DNA of 52,318 nucleotides from a virus (Duplodnaviria; Caudoviricetes), in the IMG/VR virus record IMGVR_UViG_3300020042_002456, positions 1 through 52,318 of that record. One strand, written 5' to 3'. The notes under the pieces are model-generated. The model did not search any database, was not told the origin of the DNA, and saw only the letters and a program-made list of their open reading frames with translations. This document shows, one piece after another, positions 43,961 through 52,318 of this stretch (positions are counted from its first letter, which is position 1; every line of letters begins with the position of its first letter). Both the position numbers and the translations under genes were made by a program.

Positions 43961-44872
43961 TTAGGACGAACCGGGCGATCCAAAGATACCCAGAGGGTCA
44001 GACCAGCCGAAGCTGTAACGCTCACGAGCCTTGTAACGGACATTTCCGGTGTCAAAATCACCGTCCATTGAGTTAGCCAGAGGCGAACGCACAAAGTGCT
44101 TCAGACCGTTAGGCACATCAGTGGTCAGATACCAGCCATTGGTGTCGGTCAAGAAGTGGTTAACACAGTAACCTTCAGGGATCGAACCGTTGTTCTTCAA
44201 CGCGTTGATATCGTTATCGGTAGTACCAACACGCAGGCTGGTCTCCAACAGACGAGTAGCAACGAACATCAGAGCAGGCGGAATAACCAACTTCTTAGGC
44301 TTAGCTGCAATCAGCAGGCCACGCTCATCAGTCCAAGCTGCGATCTGAATAACGGCGGCTTCCAAGGAAGTCTCGTTAAGGTCAGCGCCAGTTGCAGGAC
44401 GGTTTGAGTTAGTGCCACCGTTAACCAGCGGATGGGCAGTGCTAAACAGTGCAACGCCATCACCACCAGCATAAGCCGAGGAGAAACCGTTGTTGATAAC
44501 AGCAGCGCCTTTAACCTGCTTGGTATATGCCATAGCACGAGCCAAACCTTTGGTGTAACGAGCAGACAGGCTGTCGTACAGGTTATCCTCAATCGCCTCT
44601 TCAGTGATTGAGAAACCCAAAGCAATGGTTTCGTGGTTGTAGCGAGCAGTCCATGCTTCCTGAGCATTGTCATAAGCGATGGCAGAGCCTTCGTTCTTGA
44701 CAGGTGCGGCAGAAAAGCCAGAAAGCTTGGTTTCTTCTTCAAAAGAACGCTCAGAGGTTTCGGTTTCATAAATTTCTTTATGTTCCTCACCATAACGGGC
44801 GTACTCAAGACCAAACAATGCATTCAGGCCAGGGAGCAGTTCTTTGAGTAGTTGGGCACGGGAAATAGCCAT
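43961..44872 (-). CDS. Major capsid protein (HK97 fold inferred)
   Basis: 'AISRAQL.KEL.PGLNALFG.EY…EG…DG..LF...HP…DFDTGN.RYKARERYSFG.SD'; strong SD; followed by terminator. Confidence 0.88.
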   Translation of the reverse strand: MAISRAQLLKELLPGLNALFGLEYARYGEEHKEIYETETSERSFEEETKLSGFSAAPVKNEGSAIAYDNAQEAWTARYNHETIALGFSITEEAIEDNLYDSLSARYTKGLARAMAYTKQVKGAAVINNGFSSAYAGGDGVALFSTAHPLVNGGTNSNRPATGADLNETSLEAAVIQIAAWTDERGLLIAAKPKKLVIPPALMFVATRLLETSLRVGTTDNDINALKNNGSIPEGYCVNHFLTDTNGWYLTTDVPNGLKHFVRSPLANSMDGDFDTGNVRYKARERYSFGWSDPLGIFGSPGSS

Positions 44873-44884
44873 GATTTATGCTCC

Positions 44885-45727
44885 TTATGCGCCAGTGGCA
44901 GAGTAGTAACCGTGCAGTGCTTGGTTAAATTTAACCAATACTTCAGGAAACTGGGTGAACACTATAGTGGAAGAAGCAGGAATTGCTACAACACTACCCG
45001 GCACGGCAATCGCAGAGTTAATCGTAACTGATGTCGCAGCGGCTGAAGCTGCGGCGGTTACAAAAGAACCCGTTTGAATGATTTGCCCGTTTGCTGCAAC
45101 GTAGGCTACATCTGTTCCAACAGGGATTGCACTAGGCAAGCCCGAACCAGTTAAGGTAATAGTTGTAGAAGATGAAGAGCCAGTAGCAGATGTACTGATA
45201 GAACTTTCAGAAACAAGACCAATCAAACGCAGAGGCAGAGTAGTTGTTACAGGAGTTGCTGAAGGAGCCAAAACTGCGTTAGCAGAGTTGCCAGTGGTGG
45301 TGCTACCCGTGTTGTTAATGGCTGACAGGTTAGTGCCAATCATAGCCATAGCAGCAGAAGCAACAGCAGTAGTAGCGGAACATACAACAGCCTTAAACAC
45401 AGCATCGGGATCATCCAATACATAGGCTTCACAGTCACCAGCGAGGGTGCTTGCGGGCCAGTATTGAGCAAACTGTTTTTGCTTGTTTAGCGGGTTTGTA
45501 TAAGTACATCCCAAGAAAATACCAACCGTTTGGTTTAAACCAGTGCCAGTAGAAACTGAGGCACGGGTTATAGAACCACGGGATAGTACGACGAAATCAC
45601 CATAGAAAATGTCTGTCGCATAACCGTACTGAATGGGGTAATGACGGACTGAACCCGCAAATACTTGACCACCAATTAAGTTCTGCGGCAACAACCCATA
45701 TGGGGCTGATACAGCGGGATAAGCCAT
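44885..45727 (-). CDS. Capsid-associated protein
   Basis: Directly upstream of the capsid gene; 'IFYGD.V…GIF.GC.YT…DDPD..F'; S/T-rich insertion. Confidence 0.65.
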   Translation of the reverse strand: MAYPAVSAPYGLLPQNLIGGQVFAGSVRHYPIQYGYATDIFYGDFVVLSRGSITRASVSTGTGLNQTVGIFLGCTYTNPLNKQKQFAQYWPASTLAGDCEAYVLDDPDAVFKAVVCSATTAVASAAMAMIGTNLSAINNTGSTTTGNSANAVLAPSATPVTTTLPLRLIGLVSESSISTSATGSSSSTTITLTGSGLPSAIPVGTDVAYVAANGQIIQTGSFVTAAASAAATSVTINSAIAVPGSVVAIPASSTIVFTQFPEVLVKFNQALHGYYSATGA

Positions 45728-45744
45728 TTAAGACTCCTAAAAAG

Positions 45745-46197
45745 TTAAATACTCTTACCGATAGTGACCTTGGAGCTACGTTCTTTGAACATGGGCATCC
45801 GAGGATCGCTATCACGCATGTAGTTGTTGTCCACGGATTGCATCTGAGTATCAGCCACTTGCTGGTAATACTCATCACGCTGAACCGTAAACTCAACCGG
45901 GGTTTTGCAAAGCAACAATCCACCGACCTCAATACCATCTGGGAAGCGTCCGTTAGGGTTGCTTACCAAGCGCAGTTGTGGCTGGGAGACGGCCTTTACA
46001 GGTTCCCATCCCTCACGGAGCTTTGAAGAAATATTCGTGGGATCAGGGTTGTTTAAGGTGCTCAAACGGATCCATCGGAAGGCATAGCCTTCTTCTTTTT
46101 CGGGATCGGGCAACAGAGTAGGCGGCATCCAACGCTTGGGACGCATATCTGCTTCACGACTTTCAAGGGCACGCTTTTCACGTTTCTGCTCATCCAT
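45745..46197 (-). CDS. Conserved head-module protein (start moved to MDEQKR)
   Basis: SD AGGAG; 'W.PP..LP…RWIR…REGWEPV…GGLLLCK'. Confidence 0.7.
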   Translation of the reverse strand: MDEQKREKRALESREADMRPKRWMPPTLLPDPEKEEGYAFRWIRLSTLNNPDPTNISSKLREGWEPVKAVSQPQLRLVSNPNGRFPDGIEVGGLLLCKTPVEFTVQRDEYYQQVADTQMQSVDNNYMRDSDPRMPMFKERSSKVTIGKSI

Positions 46198-47146
46198 TTG
46201 TACTTCTCCTAATTTCCAGAACCTTGCGAGCATAGAGTTCCAAAGGAATTCCAAGCCGTTTGGCGATGTTGACCTCAGAGGCCGTCAGTGTGATCTTTTT
46301 AGGAGCAGTACTGCGACTTGCCGAAGCAACTACATTTGACTTTGGGCGGCGATTCGCATCACCGGGTTCCGCAGACTCAAACTTATCTGGGAACACTTGG
46401 CGCAACCTACCGTTTAAACGCTGGTAGTATTCGTCACTCTTTGGGTCTACACCGTCCTCGTTGATGAGCTTGTTATGCACTGCTAGTGCAAAGCCCGTCA
46501 TCTCAGTATCTGGCCCAAACCAAGGGTTGGCACGCTGCCAATCTTCGGCCTTGTGGTCAGGCGGTGGAGCACTTGGACTCGTTTGTACAACATTTTCCTG
46601 GGCCTGTAAAGGCTTCGGCTTAAAATTGTTTACACGATCTGCCTTGATTTTGGCATTGGTAAGCTCTTCTTGGGCATCGACCAGGGCTTCTGAGTCTCCG
46701 TCCTCGTAGGCTTTCTTGTATTTGACCTTTGCCTGATCAATTTCTTGGGCAATTGTGCGCTTTACTTGGTCAAGCATGATGTTCTGATTTGAATCAACCG
46801 TGCCTTTAAGGCGTTGATTTTCCTCATAAACCTGCTGTGCAATGCGAATGGCCTCCTCTTTTTCACGCAGTGCGGCCTCTTTTGCCCTGCGCTCATCGTG
46901 GTAAGCCTTGTGGAATTCACGGGTTTTGGTTCGATCCCGCTTGGAATACGTTGCCAATTCCTCGTCTGTAGGGTCTTCGGGCGGGGTTTTCATTGGCTCC
47001 CGGCCACGATCTTCCTCTGGGGTATCGTCAATGACCTCTATTTCCGGTTCATCGGACTCAGGCTCAACGATCTTGCCCCCAGCTTTGGATAGTTTTTCTT
47101 CCACCTCATGTGGAAACTCAAACTCAGTTTTTTCAATTTCAGCCAT
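46190..47146 (-). CDS. Putative capsid scaffolding protein
   Basis: Acidic N-terminus, coiled coil, 'NPWFG', C-terminal 'IAKRLG.PLE.YA'. Confidence 0.7.
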   Translation of the reverse strand: MAEIEKTEFEFPHEVEEKLSKAGGKIVEPESDEPEIEVIDDTPEEDRGREPMKTPPEDPTDEELATYSKRDRTKTREFHKAYHDERRAKEAALREKEEAIRIAQQVYEENQRLKGTVDSNQNIMLDQVKRTIAQEIDQAKVKYKKAYEDGDSEALVDAQEELTNAKIKADRVNNFKPKPLQAQENVVQTSPSAPPPDHKAEDWQRANPWFGPDTEMTGFALAVHNKLINEDGVDPKSDEYYQRLNGRLRQVFPDKFESAEPGDANRRPKSNVVASASRSTAPKKITLTASEVNIAKRLGIPLELYARKVLEIRRSTNG

Positions 47147-47154
47147 GTTTTCCC

Positions 47155-47556
47155 CTACGCACGGGTTATTCCACGGGGATCTTGGACAACACCTTCGACA
47201 GAGTCATCGTTGATCAACCGGAATTCTTTGCCATGAATCTTGATCCGTGTCCCGGTGTTGGGACGGACAAGAACGAAATCTCCCACCTTGCACGAAGGCC
47301 CGGACGGGAAACGCTTGGTGTCCTTAAAAGCATCAGGCCCCATCTTCACCACGAAGAGTACCGGCGACAGTATTTCCTCATAATGTATGGTTTGCCCAGC
47401 CTTTATCAGACCGCTTTCATACTCCTCCTCAATGTCCGGGAGGACACACAGAAGGTAGAACGTAGCTGGATCAGGCACTTGTTTTGCCTTCTCCTCTGCC
47501 GTGGTATTCAAAATACCCGACAAATTTACCGCCGCAACATCAAATTCACTCATCAT
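47155..47556 (-). CDS. groES: GroES/Cpn10-like co-chaperonin
   Basis: P…LL.LP, SGLI mobile loop, V.KMGP, KVGD.V, 'G.EFRLINDD.V.GVV'; SD GGAG 7 nt before 47556. Confidence 0.8.
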   Translation of the reverse strand: MMSEFDVAAVNLSGILNTTAEEKAKQVPDPATFYLLCVLPDIEEEYESGLIKAGQTIHYEEILSPVLFVVKMGPDAFKDTKRFPSGPSCKVGDFVLVRPNTGTRIKIHGKEFRLINDDSVEGVVQDPRGITRA

Positions 47557-47746
47557 CAAAGTTCTCCATTTTTTTCGCAAGGTCGGAGATTAAAGTTTGT
47601 GCAAACAGCAGACCCCGAATGTTGCCGCACACTTCCCGGTAGGCGGCGTAGTCTTGTGCTGCGCCCCCGCCAAGACTTTCAAGCAGGCTCGATTCCCGCT
47701 CTTTAAGTTCTTTGATGAGGTAATTGATTGCTTGATCTAGCATCAT
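47546..47746 (-). CDS. Small conserved protein between portal and GroES
   Basis: ATGA coupling; 'DY..Y…G.I.GL'. Confidence 0.7.
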   Translation of the reverse strand: MMLDQAINYLIKELKERESSLLESLGGGAAQDYAAYREVCGNIRGLLFAQTLISDLAKKMENFDDE

Positions 47747-50118
47747 TGATTCCGTTTAAATATGTCCACTTGAACTTTCTGGTTGGCCTGCTTCTCCTGC
47801 GAAGCAATCCGGGCCATGTCCATTTCCTTCTGGTTCGCAATTCGCTGCGACTCAATGTTTAAACGGGCCTGGGCGATCTGGGCATCAGACTGATACTTCT
47901 GGGCTTTTGCCTGGGCATCCATCTGTTTGATTTGCAGTTCCTGCTGTTGCATTTGAACCATGGGATCCTGTGCCTGTTGCTGGGCCTGGGCCTGTTGGGC
48001 CTGGGCCTGATTTGCCTGGAGGAGTTGCTTCGCACCCTCTGCCACCAACCGGGACACTTGGATTTCAATGTCCTCTGGCAGTTTCTGGTCAGGGGGAGGC
48101 AAGGGCACTCCGATCTGCTCTTCGATCTTTCTTCGATACTGAAACGCCAAATGCTCTGCAATGTGGGACATTGCCGCCGCCTGGATCTTCTGGGCCATCG
48201 GGTTTTGTCCGATAGTCTGGGCGATCATTGGATCCTGCATGAAGGATGTATGAGCGGCGATGTGGGCATCGTGGTCTTGGTAGATGAATGCCTGAGTGGG
48301 CTTTCCGTTGAGGAACGCCATGTTCTCGCTGACAGGATCCCGTGGTGTTTGGTCATCGTCCACTGGAACCAGCTTTTCTGCGTTCTGAATCCCCAGAACC
48401 TCAATCATCTGGCGGTGCAGATTGGGCAGGTTATATATCTGGGGGGCCTGTGCGGCCAACTGAATCACCGCCTGATACTGCATGATCCGCTGGGCCATCG
48501 TGCTGGAGTTTGGATCAGAGACGGGAATTACCTCAACGATGTCGTAGTCAGACTGTTTTGCCTTGGGGTTCCCACCATGGGGCATGTACTCATACTCAGT
48601 GGGCGCATAGTCCCGGATGATTCCCTTGAGCAGTTTAAATTCCTGCTTCATGGAGTAGTGGACACGGGCCTGAACGGCCCCCATGGTCTTCAGGGTTCTC
48701 TCCAGAATTGCCAGGGTTGTCCCTACGGGGGCCTGGGAACTCATGTCACTGATTTTCATGTCAGAGATGGAACCCAATCTGCGTCCTTCTTCTGTGATCC
48801 TATCGAGCAGAGTTAGGAGGGTTGGGCTAGGCTCCTTATAGGGGAGGGCCATGACGTTGTCTTTGATCGCCCCGCTGGGAACGTCTACATCCCGGAATTC
48901 ACCTGGAGCGATTGGCGTGTCGTCTCCTTTGATCCGCATGCCACGGGACTTCAGTCCACCGGGCAGATTGGACAGGGTTCCCGAATCCACCAACTGGCGA
49001 ATCAGGGAAGTACCCGCACGGGCATAACCACCAATCACATGGATCAGTCCCATTCCGTAGAAGCCAAACCCTGGGATATAACAGTAATCCACAAAATGCT
49101 GGCGCTTGGCTTTCTTGTCATCATCTTCCAGCCAGTTACGATAAACCGCCAGGACATCCCCGGTTCCCCGGTCAATGGTCACCACATAGGGCAGGGCAAT
49201 GCCGGTAGGCTCTCCGTCTTTGTCCACATCCTCAAACCCTTCAATATCCAAGTCTGTGTGGATCTCAAGGATCTGGTAGCGGTTGTCATCGGAAGCTTTA
49301 TAGCCTTGCTGTTCGGCCTTCTTCTTTTCAATGTCCGTCATTATGTTGACGGGGTCTCCCATGTCCACATCCCGGTAAAACCCGCTGACCTGAAGCTTCT
49401 TGATCTCATTCTTGGTCTTACGCATCACATGGGTGACCCGTTCTGCGTTGTTTAAATTCGATGCCCCGTAAGGGACGATAACGTCCTCTGCCGGGATATA
49501 CAGGGCTACCTGCCGTCCCATGGCTGGGTCGTAGTAGACCTTTTTAAACGCAGAACCTGAAAGTCCCAGGGAGTAGAGCATCCGCTCATGCTCCGGGCGG
49601 TACTCAGGCATTTCTTCCGTCAGCTTGAAGTTCATGTCATCCCGGACACGTTGGGCTGCGTCTTCCTTCATCTTGTCAATCGCACCAATGATCTCGGTCT
49701 TAACCGGCCCTTGGGCTGGGAAAGTCTCCATGATGGACTCGGCCTGGAACTTGATGGCCGCTTCTGTCAGGATGGTCGAGAAAACCCCGCATGCCCCGTT
49801 CCAGGGCTGCGTTCTTTCTTCATAGTTCATCCCCAACACTTCCAGGCCCTTGACAAAGGTTTCTGCCCAATCCTTGCGTGAGGATATGTCAGCGTCCACT
49901 AACTCCATGAGGTCAGATGAAATGGTGGCAAGCTCACCCTCGTCCAGGATTTCTGCGAGGTTTGAATCAAAGTCCCCGCCGTAATCATTCTCTGGCTCAA
50001 GGGTGATCTCGACCTCTCCGGTGTCAATCGTTACAGACTCCGGGTCTTCAATCTCAATACTCACGCCTTGATCCATACCTGTGGGCGCTGGGTAAAGTGC
50101 TTTGTCAAAGTTAGCCAT
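47743..50118 (-). CDS. Portal protein
   Basis: Follows terminase; 'SR..W…G..FKKVY…G.YG.G'; Q-rich C-terminal barrel as in P22-type portals. Confidence 0.85.
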   Translation of the reverse strand: MANFDKALYPAPTGMDQGVSIEIEDPESVTIDTGEVEITLEPENDYGGDFDSNLAEILDEGELATISSDLMELVDADISSRKDWAETFVKGLEVLGMNYEERTQPWNGACGVFSTILTEAAIKFQAESIMETFPAQGPVKTEIIGAIDKMKEDAAQRVRDDMNFKLTEEMPEYRPEHERMLYSLGLSGSAFKKVYYDPAMGRQVALYIPAEDVIVPYGASNLNNAERVTHVMRKTKNEIKKLQVSGFYRDVDMGDPVNIMTDIEKKKAEQQGYKASDDNRYQILEIHTDLDIEGFEDVDKDGEPTGIALPYVVTIDRGTGDVLAVYRNWLEDDDKKAKRQHFVDYCYIPGFGFYGMGLIHVIGGYARAGTSLIRQLVDSGTLSNLPGGLKSRGMRIKGDDTPIAPGEFRDVDVPSGAIKDNVMALPYKEPSPTLLTLLDRITEEGRRLGSISDMKISDMSSQAPVGTTLAILERTLKTMGAVQARVHYSMKQEFKLLKGIIRDYAPTEYEYMPHGGNPKAKQSDYDIVEVIPVSDPNSSTMAQRIMQYQAVIQLAAQAPQIYNLPNLHRQMIEVLGIQNAEKLVPVDDDQTPRDPVSENMAFLNGKPTQAFIYQDHDAHIAAHTSFMQDPMIAQTIGQNPMAQKIQAAAMSHIAEHLAFQYRRKIEEQIGVPLPPPDQKLPEDIEIQVSRLVAEGAKQLLQANQAQAQQAQAQQQAQDPMVQMQQQELQIKQMDAQAKAQKYQSDAQIAQARLNIESQRIANQKEMDMARIASQEKQANQKVQVDIFKRNQ

Positions 50119-50126
50119 AATGATCC

Positions 50127-51623
50127 TTAGTAGTACTCCGCTTTCCTGCGATAAATGGGTTCATCTGGCTCATCAGAATCGATGGAAATAAACCCGCCTT
50201 GGCGAAACCGCATCAAAGCTTGGCTACTTGAGTCCACAAGGTCATCGTTGTCGCCGTTGGGGAACGAAGCCATTTCTTCCACGACTTCCTCTGCCCATCG
50301 GTGATCTGGACACCAAACCATCCCGGACGCAAACAGGTCAGCAATAGCGTTTACACGGGCGATCTTATCGTTTCCTTTGCCCGGTGTATATTCCGACACC
50401 GGAATTCCTGTCCTACGCATCTCATAGATCAAGGGAGCGCCTGCCGCTCTCTTCTCCACGATCAATGTGTCTGGGTTCCATTCCTGATACATCTCATATG
50501 CCTTCTTCTTTAGCTCCGGGAACTCAAGACGTTGTTTAAACGCATCCAGAAGAATGATGTTCGGACGTAAGTTACCCTTCCCATCGGAGTGATCAAAGAT
50601 TCCCCAGGTGGTACAGGCTGAATAGTCGGCCCTGTTGTTGGTTTCAAAGGCCGTATCCCAGGATTGGATGATGTAATCACAAGCGGGAGGGTCTTCTTTA
50701 TCCCAAAGCCGCCACATATCCCGCTTTATGATGGCCCCTTCCTCTGATGTGGGGTTCTGTTGGTACTGGGCCTCCCATTTGGACACTGGAAGTTCAGCTT
50801 TGAGGGCCTCAAGCTCCTCTTTTTTCCAAAATGCAGGCCACAACGGGGTTCCAGAGGGCAAAATTGCCGGGAAATCAATCACTTCCCACTCATTTACCCC
50901 GTCTTTCTCCGAATTCTTGAGGATCTGGCCCGTCAGATCCCTCTTTGACCACCTTGTCATCACAATGATGATGGCCCCACCCGGCTGTAAACGCTGTCGA
51001 GGGCCAGATGTGTACCACTCATAGACATTGTCAAACACCGCAGGGTTGCCCTGCTTGGCCTCCTGCTCAGAATGCGGGTCATCAATGATCAATACATCTG
51101 CGCCTTTTCCGGTAACGGCTCCCCCGACACCAATAGCAAAGTAGTCACCGCCTTTGTCCGTGTTCCACCGGCCAGCGGCCTTTGAATCTGAAGACAACTG
51201 CGTATTGAAGATCTTCCTGTAATCCTCCGACTGAACAAGATTGCGGACTTTACGTCCAAACCCCACGGCCAACTCGGCAGTGTGGGCGGTCTGGATGATC
51301 TTCTTCTCCGGGTGCTTACCCAAGAACCAAGCTGGAAGCAAAAAGGAAGCAAACTCTGACTTGGTATGCCTGGGAGGCATGTTGATGATCAGACGCTTCA
51401 AATCCCCATTGACAACACGCTCAAAGGCATTTGCCATGATCTGGTGGTGTTTGCCCGATATGAATATCGGCCACATCTGCTGGACAAAGAACAGGTAGGA
51501 CTCCCGACACCGTTCTACCCTGTCCATCTCCAGCAGGGCAAAGATCTTCTTACGCTCCGCATCAGGAACCCTGTCCACCATCTGGATGTAGCCGTCCACT
51601 TCCTTGCGGGTTAGCAGGCTCAT
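50127..51623 (-). CDS. terL: Terminase large subunit
   Basis: Walker A PPRHTKS, Walker B IIDDP, TRW, YQQ.P, SWDTA, E, DD.VD nuclease motifs. Confidence 0.95.
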   Translation of the reverse strand: MSLLTRKEVDGYIQMVDRVPDAERKKIFALLEMDRVERCRESYLFFVQQMWPIFISGKHHQIMANAFERVVNGDLKRLIINMPPRHTKSEFASFLLPAWFLGKHPEKKIIQTAHTAELAVGFGRKVRNLVQSEDYRKIFNTQLSSDSKAAGRWNTDKGGDYFAIGVGGAVTGKGADVLIIDDPHSEQEAKQGNPAVFDNVYEWYTSGPRQRLQPGGAIIIVMTRWSKRDLTGQILKNSEKDGVNEWEVIDFPAILPSGTPLWPAFWKKEELEALKAELPVSKWEAQYQQNPTSEEGAIIKRDMWRLWDKEDPPACDYIIQSWDTAFETNNRADYSACTTWGIFDHSDGKGNLRPNIILLDAFKQRLEFPELKKKAYEMYQEWNPDTLIVEKRAAGAPLIYEMRRTGIPVSEYTPGKGNDKIARVNAIADLFASGMVWCPDHRWAEEVVEEMASFPNGDNDDLVDSSSQALMRFRQGGFISIDSDEPDEPIYRRKAEYY

Positions 51624-51844
51624 AGGGACAACATCTTCTCAACAGATTTATCAACCAACCGGACACCGTAGAACTTCCTGGGCTTGACAGTGATGAACCC
51701 ATCGGACTTCAGCCTGTGGACAATCCTGTGGATATTGGAACGGGACTTCAACCCAAGCCCACGGGCTATCACATCGTAGCTCGGAGGGATGCCGTGTAAA
51801 CGCACATAGGCCCGGATGAAGTCCAGGACAAGCTTTCTGCGTTT
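51620..51844 (-). CDS. LexA-type DNA-binding-domain protein, 5' end lost at the junction
   Basis: KRRKLVLDFIRAYVRLHGIPPSYDVIARGLGLKSRSNIHRIVHRLKSDGFI matches the LexA wHTH pattern; no peptidase domain. Confidence 0.75.
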   Translation of the reverse strand, partial: KRRKLVLDFIRAYVRLHGIPPSYDVIARGLGLKSRSNIHRIVHRLKSDGFITVKPRKFYGVRLVDKSVEKMLSL

Positions 51845-52318
51845 AAAAAGGTCTACTACGACCCGGCCATGGGACGGCAGGTAGCTTTGTATATCCCGGC
51901 AGAGGACGTTATCGTGCCTTACGGGGCATCAAATTTAAACAACGCAGAACGGGTCACCCATGTGATGCGTAAGACCAAGAATGAGATCAAGAAGCTCCAG
52001 GTCAGCGGGTTTTACCGGGATATAGACATGGGCGACCCCGTCAACATAATGACGGACATTGAGAAGAAGAAGGCCGAACAGCAAGGCTATAAAGCTTCCG
52101 ATGACAACCGCTACCAGATCCTTGAGATCCACACAGACCTGGACATTGAAGGGTTTGAGGATGTGGACAAAGACGGGGAGCCTACCGGCATTGCCCTGCC
52201 CTATGTGGTGACCATTGACCGGGGAACCGGGGATGTCCTGGCGGTTTACCGCAACTGGCTGGAAGACGATGACATCAAGGCCAAGCGCCAACATTTTGTG
52301 GACTACTGTTATATCCCA
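51835..52318 (+). repeat. Inverted ~95%-identical copy of portal gene segment 49072..49555
   Basis: 484 bp, about 23 substitutions by manual alignment, no indels. Confidence 0.9.

Noticed and set aside
17652-48816. Long antisense ORFs (e.g. 17652..18407, 18582..19259, 41300..41941, 47932..48816)
   Set aside because: Shadow frames of real genes; no convincing SD or motifs
51835-52318. Inverted terminal repeat or DGR template
   Set aside because: Matches an internal portal segment, and mismatches are synonymous-site rather than adenine-specific
1-52318. tRNA genes, alternative genetic code, integrase/att site
   Set aside because: No cloverleaf seen in the few intergenic gaps; genes read intact in code 11; no recombinase motifs recognised

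Overview
Nearly complete (~52 kb) genome of a tailed dsDNA phage with podovirus-like organisation; a proteobacterial host is an inference only. The + strand (1-13.4 kb) carries small early ORFs and a replication module: VRR-NUC, family A DNA polymerase (Leu762 type), PD-(D/E)XK nuclease, HNH, SNF2 helicase, SSB-like protein, HTH and an AEP primase-helicase. The - strand (13.4-51.8 kb) carries a LexA-like HTH, terminase, portal, GroES, scaffold, major capsid, adaptor/nozzle proteins, an array of short fibre+chaperone cassettes, lysis genes, putative ejection proteins and a ~3,280-aa polyvalent protein split by a frameshift. The last 484 bp are an inverted, ~95%-identical allele of the portal gene, probably an assembly or amplification chimera. 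Most interesting: (1) a sigma70-like promoter embedded in the capsid-gene terminator that would transcribe a compact, doubly pseudoknotted leader RNA whose last helix abuts the next RBS; (2) downstream, a cluster of small basic proteins with a shared C-terminal 'DG(I/V)AxxGxT(K/R)' tag and a [MFYL]xxGG motif that recurs in the putative ejection proteins, suggesting a cargo-tagging or maturation-cleavage code; (3) visible recombination scars in the fibre cassette array; (4) a loop-E-like structured RNA after the SSB gene. No database searches were run; family names come from motif recognition.
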